From: an uncultured Pseudomonadota bacterium
Lineage (GTDB): Bacteria; Pseudomonadota; Alphaproteobacteria; Rs-D84
Direction of reading: 5' to 3'
NCBI GenBank assembly: GCA_902787665.1
Contig: CADAHF010000002.1
Coordinates: forward strand, 2,637 to 66,636
DNA: 64,000 bases
This document shows, in pieces, positions 1 through 13,179 of the stretch. A model generated the notes under the pieces. The model did no database searches, had not been told where the DNA came from, and worked only from the letters and a program-made list of their open reading frames with translations. How positions within the stretch are numbered: the first letter of the stretch is position 1; the number at the start of each line of letters is the position of its first letter. The translations under genes were made by a program, and so were the position numbers.

Positions 1-1287
1 TCCTTCGGATGCCCATTTTTCTGCATCTTCGGCATTAAAGACCGCTTGGCCAACGGCGGCACCTGGGGATGCAGGTAAACCTGTTGCAATAACTTTCTTT
101 TCTGCCTTTGGGTCCAACATAGGATGCAACAAGTGATTCAACTGGTCTGCACCGACACGCAAAATTGCTTCTTCCTTGGTCAGCAAGCCTTCTTCAACCA
201 TTTCAACCGCCATACGAACAGCTGCTGCAGCGGTGCGTTTACCATTACGGCATTGCAACATCCAAAGTTTTCCGTGTTCAATCGTGAATTCCATATCTTG
301 CATATCTTTGTAATGCTTTTCCAGTTTTTCACGAACATCACACAAATCTTTATAAACATCCGGCATTGATTCTTCCAATGACACACGGCCAGATTCATCT
401 TTGCTCATTGGCTGTGGTGTTCTGATACCAGCCACAACGTCTTCACCCTGGGCATTAATCAGATATTCACCATAGTATTTGTTTTCACCAGTTGCTGGGT
501 CACGCGAAAAACATACGCCAGTCGCAGAATCATCACCAGAATTACCAAACACCATTGCCTGAACATTAACAGCGGTTCCCCAATCGCCTGGAATATTGTT
601 GATTTTGCGGTATGTGATGGCCTTTTTGGACATCCAAGAACCAAACACGGCACCGATACCCAATTTCAACTGTTCCCATGGATCCTGTGGGAAAACCTTG
701 CCAATCTTGACGCCAATTTCTTTGAACTTTTCAACCAATTCTTTCAAGTCATCAGCAGTTAATTCGGTATCAACCTTGTAACCTTTTTCTTCCTTCATCT
801 TTTCCAGTGTGTGTTCAAACAAATCAATATCTGCGCCCAACACAACATCACTAAACATCATAATGAAACGACGATATGAATCGTATGCAAAGCGTTCATT
901 ATTAGATGATTTTGCCAAAGCTTTTACTGTTTCATCGTTAAGACCCAAATTCAAAACAGTGTCCATCATCCCAGGCATAGAAACGCGTGCACCAGAACGC
1001 ACAGAAACCAACAATGGATTATCCATGTCAGCAAATTTCTTGCCCATAATGTTTTCAATATGCTTGATACCAGCCTGAACCTGATCCATCAAATCTGCTG
1101 GATATGTTTGATTGTTATCATAGTAATATGTACAAACTTCGGTTGTTACTGTAAAACCCGCAGGCACAGGCAAACCAACCAAATTCATTTCTGCCAGGTT
1201 AGCACCCTTGCCACCCAACAAATTCCGCATATCAGCGCGCCCTTCGGCGGCACCGTTACCAAATGTATAAACCCATTTGTTACTCAT
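1..1287 (-). CDS. ppdK: pyruvate, phosphate dikinase, N-terminal ~429 codons (rest of gene lies beyond window start)
   Basis: Own translation of minus strand from ATG 1287 (AGGAG just upstream): [52 protein letters not shown]... Frame stays open to nt 1 (..[20 protein letters not shown]). Missing from ORF track because there is no stop in the window. Confidence 0.85.
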   Translation of the reverse strand, partial: MSNKWVYTFGNGAAEGRADMRNLLGGKGANLAEMNLVGLPVPAGFTVTTEVCTYYYDNNQTYPADLMDQVQAGIKHIENIMGKKFADMDNPLLVSVRSGARVSMPGMMDTVLNLGLNDETVKALAKSSNNERFAYDSYRRFIMMFSDVVLGADIDLFEHTLEKMKEEKGYKVDTELTADDLKELVEKFKEIGVKIGKVFPQDPWEQLKLGIGAVFGSWMSKKAITYRKINNIPGDWGTAVNVQAMVFGNSGDDSATGVCFSRDPATGENKYYGEYLINAQGEDVVAGIRTPQPMSKDESGRVSLEESMPDVYKDLCDVREKLEKHYKDMQDMEFTIEHGKLWMLQCRNGKRTAAAAVRMAVEMVEEGLLTKEEAILRVGADQLNHLLHPMLDPKAEKKVIATGLPASPGAAVGQAVFNAEDAEKWASEG

Positions 1288-1361
1288 AAGTTCTCCTTTA
1301 ATTAAAAAGCTAAAAGATTGTAAATAAATAAGAATTAAATGCAAGTGCAAAAATTACAAAA

Positions 1362-1400
1362 ACAATAAAAAATGCGTCCAAGCATATTGGACGCGTTTAT
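1362..1400. terminator. hairpin terminator (GCGTCCAA-gcata-TTGGACGC) flanked by A/T runs
   Basis: 8-bp perfect stem at 1374-1394. On the minus strand it is followed by a T-run. It sits between the 115-aa gene and the ppdK start. Confidence 0.5.
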
Positions 1401-1419
1401 TTATCAATTACTTGACAAT

Positions 1420-1767
1420 TTAACAACCCATATCATCGCAAATCGCACGCATAATTGTATATGTTTCCGCAGGTTCATAATGAACAACTGGGCGATATGT
1501 TTGAACTGTTTCGCGCACAAAATATTCACGTGCAATCACTTCTTCATATTCTTTACCACATGATTTTTCTTCTGTAACAACAGGTTTTTCAATTTCTTTA
1601 TCACAAACGACCTTTGTGATAACCGCATGATGCGCGCTAACTGCACGATTTAATTCGGCACGCATAACATTTATATCACAATTATCAGTATGTAATTCAA
1701 CAACTTCGGCATTTGCCATCGTTGCCGCAAAAAATCCAATAACGGACAAAGCCAAACTCTTTTTCAT
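1420..1767 (-). CDS. small secreted cysteine-containing hypothetical protein
   Basis: ORF track 115 aa. N-terminus MKKSLALSVIGFFAATMANA looks like a Sec signal peptide. No family recognised. Confidence 0.55.
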   Translation of the reverse strand: MKKSLALSVIGFFAATMANAEVVELHTDNCDINVMRAELNRAVSAHHAVITKVVCDKEIEKPVVTEEKSCGKEYEEVIAREYFVRETVQTYRPVVHYEPAETYTIMRAICDDMGC

Positions 1768-1851
1768 TTCTTAGACACCTTTATCTGTTTGCTCTCTCCG
1801 ACATGGACACTTTAGACAATATTTTCCCATTATCAACTAAAAAAACATATA

Positions 1852-1880
1852 TTGTATAAATCTCCCAAAAGTTGTAAAAT
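1852..1880 (+). promoter_or_regulatory. sigma70-like promoter TTGTAT-17-TAAAAT ending 7 nt before ATG 1888 (leaderless candidate)
   Basis: TTGTAT 1852-1857, 17-nt spacer, TAAAAT 1875-1880, then attcact-ATG. No Shine-Dalgarno. Confidence 0.45.
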
Positions 1881-1887
1881 ATTCACT

Positions 1888-2361
1888 ATGACAAACAACT
1901 TTAATCCAAAATCATCTATCATACTTGGCATGCACGATGCAATCGTGTCGCTGGTCGGACTTATTGCGGGGCTGTGTCTTACATTTAACAACCCAGACTT
2001 CATTATAATTTCATGCATAATTGCATCAATTACCGCGGCGCTTTCCATGGCGGCGGCTAATTATCTGGCGGTAAAGGCAACTAATAAAAATATTGCGGTC
2101 GTTTCGGCGATATATACAGGGGTTGCATATTTGGCAACTTGCGTTTTGTTGATTTTGCCATTTTTTGTATTTCACAACAGATTAATTGCAATTTTGTCTG
2201 TTTTTGCAATTGCTATTTTAATTATTTTTGCCTTCAACTTGGCTTTTTATCGCGGCAAAAGATTCCGGGAACATTTTAATGAAATGCTTAAAATCTGCGG
2301 AATTGTTACTGTTGCAGCGTTTTTTATCGCCGAAATTGCCAATTTGATCTTTGGTATATAG
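1888..2361 (+). CDS. VIT1/CCC1-family membrane protein (transmembrane part only), putative Fe/Mn transporter
   Basis: ILGMHDAIVSLVGLIAGL and IASITAALSMAAANYLAV resemble the two conserved VIT-family helices. Multi-TM. Start moved to MTNNF (ATG 1888) inside ORF 1852..2361. Confidence 0.55.
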   Translation: MTNNFNPKSSIILGMHDAIVSLVGLIAGLCLTFNNPDFIIISCIIASITAALSMAAANYLAVKATNKNIAVVSAIYTGVAYLATCVLLILPFFVFHNRLIAILSVFAIAILIIFAFNLAFYRGKRFREHFNEMLKICGIVTVAAFFIAEIANLIFGI

Positions 2362-2419
2362 AAACAAAAACTTTTGTTTCTACACAACAATCACATTAAT
2401 AGAACAACAACTAAATGTT

Positions 2420-2977
2420 TTATTTTATGTGCTGATTAATTAAACTATCGATATTTACGGCACCTTTGGCACGTTCTGCTTCATACGATTTTAAAATACT
2501 TTTTGCAAAATCTATCTTTTCCTGTTTTGCCTTGATTTGTTTTTTATTTTCGTAATTTATGTCAATTATCTCAATACCGATGCCTAATAGAACCAATCCA
2601 CCAATGATTGCCACTTGTTTTACTTTATCTTTATTTTTACTGAAAACTTTCTTTATTTTTAATTTCAGAGATTCTTGATCATGTTTACAATCATAATAAA
2701 GGTTTTTTACTTCATTATACAATGTCGGTGATTTATCCCCGTAAATGTTTTTGCCATTAATTTTAGCAACATTAACCACTGTACCTTTTTTCTCTATTGG
2801 ATAAAAAACAATATTCACAGACAAATCCGTAAAATCGTGTTCTATTTTTAACCGTACATCTTCAACAAACACGTCGTATTTCTTGCGATTCTTGTTCAGT
2901 TTCATTATGTTATCCAAAATCTCTTTTTCTGACTTATTTTCCCAATTTGAATCAAACTCTTCCGGTATAGTATACAT
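2420..2977 (-). CDS. hypothetical single-TM protein, tandem paralog A
   Basis: ORF 2420..3034; start moved to MYTIPEEF (AAGGA RBS). Shares INGK.(I/V)Y..K(S/T)P.LY..(V/I)K.LY and C-terminal (S/Q)YE.ER.K..VNIDSLIN.H with the next gene. Confidence 0.6.
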   Translation of the reverse strand: MYTIPEEFDSNWENKSEKEILDNIMKLNKNRKKYDVFVEDVRLKIEHDFTDLSVNIVFYPIEKKGTVVNVAKINGKNIYGDKSPTLYNEVKNLYYDCKHDQESLKLKIKKVFSKNKDKVKQVAIIGGLVLLGIGIEIIDINYENKKQIKAKQEKIDFAKSILKSYEAERAKGAVNIDSLINQHIK

Positions 2978-3066
2978 AAACAATCCTTTTTTATCACCGA
3001 TAAAAAATAACACAATTTTACTTATTGTCAACAAACTTGTGTTAAAAAGCCCGTTTGATGACTTTA

Positions 3067-3615
3067 TTAACGCATGTGTACATTAATTAAACTATCGATA
3101 TTGACCATATCAGATTTGTTACGTTCCAATTCGTACTGTTTCAATAACTCTTTAACGTTTTGTTTATCCTGATGTTTGGTTGCATCTTGAACAATTCCGC
3201 CATACCAACCAAAAACTCCAAACACACAGGCTGCCAGTGCTAACACATATAAAACTTCTTTGTTTTTATACAACGAATTCTTCGCTTTTTCTTTAAAAGA
3301 CATCTTTGAACGACTGCACCAATCATAAAGGAATTTGATATTCTCGTATAAATCTGGAGTTTTGTTTTGATAAACAGTCTTGCCATTGATCGTTACAATA
3401 TTTTCCTTGTCGTTGTTTTTTCGTCCAACGGTGCCAAATTTTATCTTAAGATTACCGGCAATGCCATACGCACCTTTGTTTGTAACATAAAGGTATATAT
3501 TGCCCTTATCTGTTATGTTAATATCATATGTTTTGCGATTTTCAATAAAACCGTTTATTTTTTTCGACACTTCATCATCTGTCCAACCTGACCAATTATC
3601 CGAATATTTCGTCAT
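3067..3615 (-). CDS. hypothetical single-TM protein, tandem paralog B
   Basis: ORF track 182 aa, GGAG RBS. Paralogous to 2420..2977 (same conserved blocks, one hydrophobic helix near the C-terminal third). Confidence 0.65.
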   Translation of the reverse strand: MTKYSDNWSGWTDDEVSKKINGFIENRKTYDINITDKGNIYLYVTNKGAYGIAGNLKIKFGTVGRKNNDKENIVTINGKTVYQNKTPDLYENIKFLYDWCSRSKMSFKEKAKNSLYKNKEVLYVLALAACVFGVFGWYGGIVQDATKHQDKQNVKELLKQYELERNKSDMVNIDSLINVHMR

Positions 3616-3639
3616 TTATAAAACTCCTGTTACAAGAAA

Positions 3640-3680
3640 AACAAAGCCCCGCATTTGCGGGGCGAATTCGGTTTTTAATA
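3640..3680. terminator. rRNA operon terminator hairpin GCCCCGC-attt-GCGGGGC
   Basis: 7-bp GC stem at 3646-3663. On the minus strand it is followed by TTTGTTTTT. Lies directly 3' of the 5S rRNA. Confidence 0.65.
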
Positions 3681-3696
3681 TCAAAACTAGATTTAT

Positions 3697-3810
3697 TCTG
3701 GCGACGACCTACTCTTCCGTGGCTTAAGCCAAAGTACCATCGGCGATACGGAGTTTCCCTGTCTGGTTCGGGATGGAACAGAGGGTGACTTCCGCTCAAT
3801 AATCACCAGA
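3697..3810 (-). rRNA. rrf: 5S rRNA
   Basis: The reverse complement starts TTCTGGTGATTATTGAGCGGAAGTCACCC..GTTCCATCCCGAACCAGA.. and ends ..GGAAGAGTAGGTCGTCGCCAGA. These are classic 5S helix I ends and the loop A/helix II sequence. Confidence 0.85.
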
Positions 3811-3859
3811 ATAAATCCAGCGAACATCATAATAACTTATTTTTAGAATCTGTCAACAC

Positions 3860-3873
3860 TTCTCTTCAAGCAT
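3860..3873 (-). other. 3' half of 23S processing stem (pairs with 6646-6659)
   Basis: ttctcttcaagcat at 3860-3873 is the exact reverse complement of atgcttgaagagaa at 6646-6659. The two flank the 23S ends as expected for an RNase III stem. Confidence 0.6.
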
Positions 3874-3902
3874 TTCGTCTGAACAAGTCAAACGAAAGAT
3901 AA

Positions 3903-6642
<2,740 letters not shown>

Positions 6643-6645
6643 TCT

Positions 6646-6659
6646 ATGCTTGAAGAGAA
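6646..6659 (-). other. 5' half of 23S processing stem (pairs with 3860-3873)
   Basis: See partner feature; 14-nt perfect complementarity across about 2.8 kb. Confidence 0.6.
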
Positions 6660-6935
6660 TGTCTTCAAACTTAAAAAGAAACTTAAATGAGTTTTTTAAG
6701 CATTAGTTGATTCTTGTCTTTGAATTGAATTGTCATTTCTGACTATCCATATAGAAAGATTTTTGAGATTACGATGTTCAACAAATCAAAAACATATTTC
6801 TATGCCTTTAACTTGCGACATTAAAAACCGATTTACAATGTATTGCTATAAAAGCAGATTCCGAAGATATTCATTCAGAACATCTGGAATCAAAAATGAT
6901 TTAATCATTTCTGATTCCAACCTCATCAAATAAAA

Positions 6936-7012
6936 TGGTGGGTCAGGAAGAACTCGAATCTTCGACCTTCGCTGTATCAGAGCGACATTCTAACCAACTG
7001 AACTACTGACCC
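6936..7012 (-). tRNA. tRNA-Ile (anticodon GAU), CCA encoded
   Basis: The reverse complement is GGGTCAGTAGTTCAGTTGGTTAGAATGTCGCTCTGATACAGCGAAGGTCGAAGATTCGAGTTCTTCCTGACCCACCA. Cloverleaf is good; anticodon loop CT-GAT-AC. Confidence 0.9.
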
Positions 7013-7126
7013 AATCTTGTTTCTGATTTCGGCACATTAGTTCTGCTGATACCAGAATCATTTTCAAAAAGAGATATTCAGACAGTCGACTTGGGTGACC
7101 GTTTTCGTGAAAACGGTTTTCTCTAT

Positions 7127-8629
<1,503 letters not shown>

Positions 8630-8959
8630 TTAAAAAACTTGTGGTTTAAGTCCCGTGCATATTTAAACAAAGCTGACTTAATTTCAGTTCGTCTTTACAT
8701 ATATATATTCGCAAGACAAGTTTTAACGAGGTTTATATGTAAACCTACTACCTGTCCAGGATATGCACATTTGACTTAGTCAAAGTTTGGATATTCCAAA
8801 TTCAACTGTCTGCACATCCCTTCTTGAATTTTGATGAGCTGCTTTTATTCACAATGTGCGCAGTTTTATCGGTACCCCGTTCTTAGCGTTCGTTCCGTAA
8901 ACCGCAGAATTTCAGGGGTTGAGATACTTATATAAATGGTTCCCAACTTGAAAGCCCGT

Positions 8960-8990
8960 ATACTATGAATTGAAAGACCAAAAAAGTCAA
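8960..8990 (-). promoter_or_regulatory. candidate rRNA promoter (TTGACT-17-CATAGT) with A/T-rich UP-like tract upstream
   Basis: On the minus strand: TTGACT (8990-8985), 17 nt, CATAGT (8967-8962). The 40 nt upstream are almost pure A/T. The -10 is weak, so this is tentative. Confidence 0.3.
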
Positions 8991-9204
8991 GCGATTTTTC
9001 AAAAATAATTTACAAAAAATCATAAAGAAATAAAAAACCGCAGAAATCCGCCATTTGACAAAAACAAGCATTTTGTTTTCTTGGCTTTTTTCGATTCGTA
9101 TTTAGCTTAGAAAACCGAATCATCGTTCTGTTTTTACCGATTCGGTGTCCAGTATCAAAAAAACAAAGACAAACAAAAAATCTGTTTTTTATCCTTACCT
9201 TTTA

Positions 9205-9213
9205 TGATATAAT
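9205..9213 (+). promoter_or_regulatory. extended -10 element TGaTATAAT ending 8 nt before ATG 9222 (leaderless candidate)
   Basis: tgatataat at 9205-9213, then ttatcatt-ATG. No Shine-Dalgarno. Confidence 0.35.
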
Positions 9214-9221
9214 TTATCATT

Positions 9222-10433
9222 ATGAAAATGAAGAAATATGTTTTTTCATCTCTGCTTGTAATCTGCGGGATGACACCTGTCCTGGCGTCTGATTGTACGG
9301 GGACAGATTGTGATATCGAACAAATACAATATGTAAACGAAGCACGCGCATCGGACTATATCGCGCCTGCACCATTTATGGAATACGACGAACCTGTGGA
9401 ATACATATACGCAACTCAGATTCCAATGCGTTCGGTCAAGATGTTGTCTATTAAACCGGTTCCGACCGATACACGTCCACCGCTTTGGGACGGCACACAT
9501 GGCGCACAACAACCAACCACTTACACAAAAACGGTCAGCTGGCGCGACGGCGCACCATTGTGGGACGATTCGGTTGTGAATTATCGCGATAAAAACTATT
9601 ACGATTGGTATTTGGAACCAATGCCTGAAATCTATATTCGCGAAGCAGATGCACCGGCATTTACCGAATCGGTTGATGTTTATGAAATGTATGATGAAAA
9701 TATGGCATCCGCGGCGGCGACACGTGCGCGCATTGATGAAATATTAACCCCAGTGCGTCCTAAATTTGATTTGTGGTCTGAAAAATACACCGCCCAGGAT
9801 ATGACAGATATTGTTGAAACCGCGTTTGGCGCAAACGATGGCTGTCCATTTGAAACAGAAACAGAATGTGAAATCTGGCGTCGCAAACCAATTGTGCGTG
9901 AAACGGTTTCACCACGCAGCCCGCGCATCCGTGACGACGCTATGGATAAATTTATCAGCGTTATAAAATACGACGGTGATGTTGACGCCACAGTACCTGA
10001 GGCTGCACCATTGCTTGCCCGTTATAAAATGTTAATGCAATCTGCAAATGCATGTTGTACCGACGGTTTGGCATATGCGTTGAAAAGCGCGGGTGCATCA
10101 GACGGTTTGGTTTATAAATTTATGGCGGACGATGCGAACTTTTATGGTTTTGGTTCGCGTTGTTTAATGATGACTGATGAAGAATTGGATACAAAATATC
10201 CAAACACCGCGACTGCGGCGGTTGCCGCCGATGTTCGCAACGGATGTTTATGCCGTGGCCGTCAATGGTTCAAAGCGATGCTTGCACCTTTTGCTCAGGC
10301 TTATGAAGCAGCACCAGAATTTGCAAATCAAAAGTTCTATTATACATACACCGATGGTCTGCAACGACAAACCACTGTATCAATAAATAATGACGTCCAG
10401 AACGTGTTGAAACAGCTAGAGTTATGTCCATAA
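9222..10433 (+). CDS. secreted cysteine-containing hypothetical protein (403 aa)
   Basis: ORF track. Signal peptide MKMKKYVFSSLLVICGMTPVLAS; Cys pairs (DCTGTDCD, ACC, CLC). No family recognised. Confidence 0.7.
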   Translation: MKMKKYVFSSLLVICGMTPVLASDCTGTDCDIEQIQYVNEARASDYIAPAPFMEYDEPVEYIYATQIPMRSVKMLSIKPVPTDTRPPLWDGTHGAQQPTTYTKTVSWRDGAPLWDDSVVNYRDKNYYDWYLEPMPEIYIREADAPAFTESVDVYEMYDENMASAAATRARIDEILTPVRPKFDLWSEKYTAQDMTDIVETAFGANDGCPFETETECEIWRRKPIVRETVSPRSPRIRDDAMDKFISVIKYDGDVDATVPEAAPLLARYKMLMQSANACCTDGLAYALKSAGASDGLVYKFMADDANFYGFGSRCLMMTDEELDTKYPNTATAAVAADVRNGCLCRGRQWFKAMLAPFAQAYEAAPEFANQKFYYTYTDGLQRQTTVSINNDVQNVLKQLELCP

Positions 10434-10445
10434 CAGCAAACAATT

Positions 10446-10472
10446 AAAACGCCCCACGGGGCGTTTTTTTTG
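10446..10472 (+). terminator. intrinsic terminator ACGCCC-cacg-GGGCGT + T8
   Basis: Hairpin at 10449-10464 followed by tttttttt, 13 nt after the stop of 9222..10433. Confidence 0.75.
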
Positions 10473-10486
10473 TTGATTAGTGATTA

Positions 10487-10514
10487 ATAATAAAAACCGC
10501 CCGTGTGGGCGGAA
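10487..10514 (-). terminator. intrinsic terminator CCGCCC-acac-GGGCGG + T-run (minus strand)
   Basis: Hairpin at 10497-10512. On the minus strand it is followed by TTTTTATTATT, directly 3' of 10518..11261. Confidence 0.7.
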
Positions 10515-10517
10515 TCT

Positions 10518-11261
10518 TTAATACGACGGATACGTCCGTCCTTTTGATTGTTGTTCCATGTTATAAGACGCTTTTGACACCATAGCGTTTAATTGGTTTG
10601 CACATGGCGTAATTGAATTCGATGTTGCCTTTAAATTATTACATTTATCCAGATTTTTGTATACACCATTTTCCTCAGTAACAATACCCCATGTTGCTGC
10701 TGCCTTTAAATCTTCTTCTAATTGTTTTTTTGCTTCGCCAATGTTATTACCCCCACGAACCGTATTCATTACTAATTGTATATTAGACATCAAACACGAA
10801 TAAGCGTTTTGATATGACATTGACACGCAATCTTGGGCACCCGCTAATTTCACACTGGAATTATTCATACGAAAAGACGAACCCGATGATGTTTCACCTG
10901 TATCTGCGCCAGCGGCCGCCAATTTTGTTTTCAGCACTGCTTTTTCTAATTGCGTCCTGAACCGTTTAACCATCGCATCAAGGTATTCATATTGCTGATA
11001 CATCTGTTGTGTCATAACGGTTGTTTTAAGCGCAATAGTTTCGCGCATTTCTTGTTTTTTCGCGCTGTCTTTGGTGTTCTCGGTTTCGCCAATGTTATAA
11101 ACATGTGTTGAACACAGCGCCAATGTCGGTGAAATATAATCAGCATCATCTTTATCACAACCATTACTTGCCGCAAAAGCACCGTTTGATGCGCACAGCA
11201 CAGCCGCCACACCAATCGCGCGTAACATTTTTGCATTAAAGATTTCGTTTTTCATTTTCAT
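10518..11261 (-). CDS. secreted cysteine-containing hypothetical protein (247 aa)
   Basis: ORF track. Signal-like AIGVAAVLCASNGAFAAS; start overlaps the stop of the upstream gene (ATGA-type coupling). Coiled-coil-like middle. Confidence 0.7.
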   Translation of the reverse strand: MKMKNEIFNAKMLRAIGVAAVLCASNGAFAASNGCDKDDADYISPTLALCSTHVYNIGETENTKDSAKKQEMRETIALKTTVMTQQMYQQYEYLDAMVKRFRTQLEKAVLKTKLAAAGADTGETSSGSSFRMNNSSVKLAGAQDCVSMSYQNAYSCLMSNIQLVMNTVRGGNNIGEAKKQLEEDLKAAATWGIVTEENGVYKNLDKCNNLKATSNSITPCANQLNAMVSKASYNMEQQSKGRTYPSY

Positions 11262-12949
11262 TGCGCCACTGTCTCACATTTTTTCTTATCTGTAGCGTTG
11301 CTAATCATAGAACAATCACACATATTGTAGCCATCGATCCATCTTCCACCCCAACCTGTACAATTAGCTTGTTTCATTAATAATATGTCATAGTTGGAAA
11401 GTCCGCCGTTCCCGGTTGTTGAAGATGTTGTTGTATTGTTTATGTTTGACGATGTTGTTCCGCTTACGGTTAATGGGCTGCGCACACCGTTATTCCATTC
11501 TTGTCTTGTCAAACAAACCTTTGTTGGCAATTTCTTTAATTCTGTTAATTTCTGCAAATCATCATTTTCACCAACACAGTATTTTATTGCATCTGCACCC
11601 TTGGCACTTGTTGGTGCATCTTGGGCAATAATGCGTTGCAGCGTTTCAATATCAATAGTTGCCTGTTTTTTACGATTGCGGAACAAGCCCGATGAATCAA
11701 GAATTTCCGACATACAACCAACACGTATGCGCGATTCTTCACCATACTCAGGATTTAACCAGTTATAGCGAACCTCTTCATCATTATTAATCATACCCAA
11801 CGGCTGACAACCACCATCGGACGGCGGAATAATTTTTCCAATTTCACACTTCTGTCCACCAATAACAAAGTTAGATTTTGATGGGTCTGATGTTCCATTT
11901 GGACAATTTGTTTTGGTATAGCGCAAATCTTGACGTTCTTCGCACAGATATTTGCCCCACACATTGCAAGACCCGTTCAACATCATATATATATCTGTAA
12001 TATCAACACCCACCGATTGCGCCAAAATTAACGCATCATACATTTCGTCCAAAACATTTTCATATGGATCAAAAAATGCCTCTGCTTTCTGTTTAAATAT
12101 TTTTACGCGCTTTGGTCCAGTACAATTATTTCCACGCGAATCACAGCCCGCATAGTCAAACGCATCAACCATTGTCGTCTTTAAAGTTTTTAATTGCGTT
12201 TCTGCATTTTCAACCGCAGATAAAATTTGACCAGAAATCTGTTCACGCGCCAAAACATCCGCCGAAACACCGCTTTGTGCCGCTGCAATTTGCGAATCGT
12301 TCAATGCACTTGTATTTGTCGCAGCTTGCACCGGTTGCGATGTCGCCGCTGCACGTGCCGCAGATGCCTCTGCTAATGCGTTTGCGGTTAATTCCCGCTG
12401 TTCCTCCAATGCGCTTTGTAATTGCGCCACGGTTTGTGCATTTTGCGCCGCCATTTGCGATTGCATTTGTTGCATCTGTTGTTGCATTTGCGCCAACTGT
12501 TGTGCACTTTGCTGTGCCGCCGCACTTGCCGCGGCATTTTGTGCCTCATTCGCAGCTGCATTTGCTTTGGCTGTGCTTTGCGCAACCAACTGTGCCGCGA
12601 TATATTGTGTTAATTCGTCACCATATTGTTTACATGCCGCATTTGATTGAACACAACCGTTTACAATCGAAAAAGTAACATTTAAATCAGTACAACCACC
12701 ATTGCTACATTTCGGCTGTGCACAGCGCAAAATAACCGCATTACAATTACCGAAATCAGCAGTTGCCGCCGGACCCGTTCCGACACTGCGGGAATTCATC
12801 ATATTGTTCCAACGTTCGTTATTTGTTGCGCCACTTTCGCCGTTATACGCGGTCAAATTATTACCCAATGTCGAAGATACAACGGCATGCACCGCACCAA
12901 AGGGTACGACACATAATGCCACCAACAAAAATCTGGCAATTTGTTTCAT
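11258..12949 (-). CDS. secreted cysteine-rich protein with Gln/Ala-rich coiled-coil region (563 aa)
   Basis: ORF 11258..13198 trimmed to MKQIARFLLVALCVVPFGAVHA (ATG 12949). The 83 upstream codons run through palindromic repeats and are judged spurious. It has a 6-Cys module and a long AQQ/MQQ tract. Confidence 0.7.
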   Translation of the reverse strand: MKQIARFLLVALCVVPFGAVHAVVSSTLGNNLTAYNGESGATNNERWNNMMNSRSVGTGPAATADFGNCNAVILRCAQPKCSNGGCTDLNVTFSIVNGCVQSNAACKQYGDELTQYIAAQLVAQSTAKANAAANEAQNAAASAAAQQSAQQLAQMQQQMQQMQSQMAAQNAQTVAQLQSALEEQRELTANALAEASAARAAATSQPVQAATNTSALNDSQIAAAQSGVSADVLAREQISGQILSAVENAETQLKTLKTTMVDAFDYAGCDSRGNNCTGPKRVKIFKQKAEAFFDPYENVLDEMYDALILAQSVGVDITDIYMMLNGSCNVWGKYLCEERQDLRYTKTNCPNGTSDPSKSNFVIGGQKCEIGKIIPPSDGGCQPLGMINNDEEVRYNWLNPEYGEESRIRVGCMSEILDSSGLFRNRKKQATIDIETLQRIIAQDAPTSAKGADAIKYCVGENDDLQKLTELKKLPTKVCLTRQEWNNGVRSPLTVSGTTSSNINNTTTSSTTGNGGLSNYDILLMKQANCTGWGGRWIDGYNMCDCSMISNATDKKKCETVAQ

Positions 12950-13027
12950 ATTCTCTCTTGAGCATAATTTTAACATAAAAAGTGCAAAGTGCAAAGTGGA
13001 AATTGCAAATAATGTGTGCCATACGGT

Positions 13028-13177
13028 TCTCTTACTTGTCACCCCGGTGCAGTCCGGGATCCACTGCTGTGTTTCTCTCTTACTCGTCATCCCCGCGAAG
13101 GCGGGGATCCACTGCTGCGCAGCAATAATCAATATTTGCCTGCGGCGCATTGGATACCGACCTGCGTCGGTATGACA
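13028..13177. repeat. three copies of a small palindromic element (two direct at 48-bp period, one inverted); flanks TGGAT..ATGAC conserved, stems differ
   Basis: Copies at 13028-13069 and 13076-13117 are about 80% identical, with hairpins CCCGG-tgcagt-CCGGG and CCCCGC-gaag-GCGGGG. 13151-13177 reads TGGAT-ACCGAC-ctgc-GTCGGT-ATGAC in the opposite orientation. Confidence 0.75.
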
Positions 13178-13179
13178 AT

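Noticed and set aside
12112-12678. 188-aa plus-strand ORF rich in His/Pro/Leu, plus other overlapping ORFs at 12388..12613
   Set aside because: It is antisense to the Gln/Ala repeat tract of the 563-aa gene. Low-complexity DNA lacks stops in several frames, and the ORF has no RBS or signal features.
13028-13117. 48-bp tandem repeat considered as a CRISPR array
   Set aside because: There are only two direct copies, and they are about 80% identical rather than exact. They have no unique spacers of spacer-like length, a third copy is inverted, and there are no cas genes.
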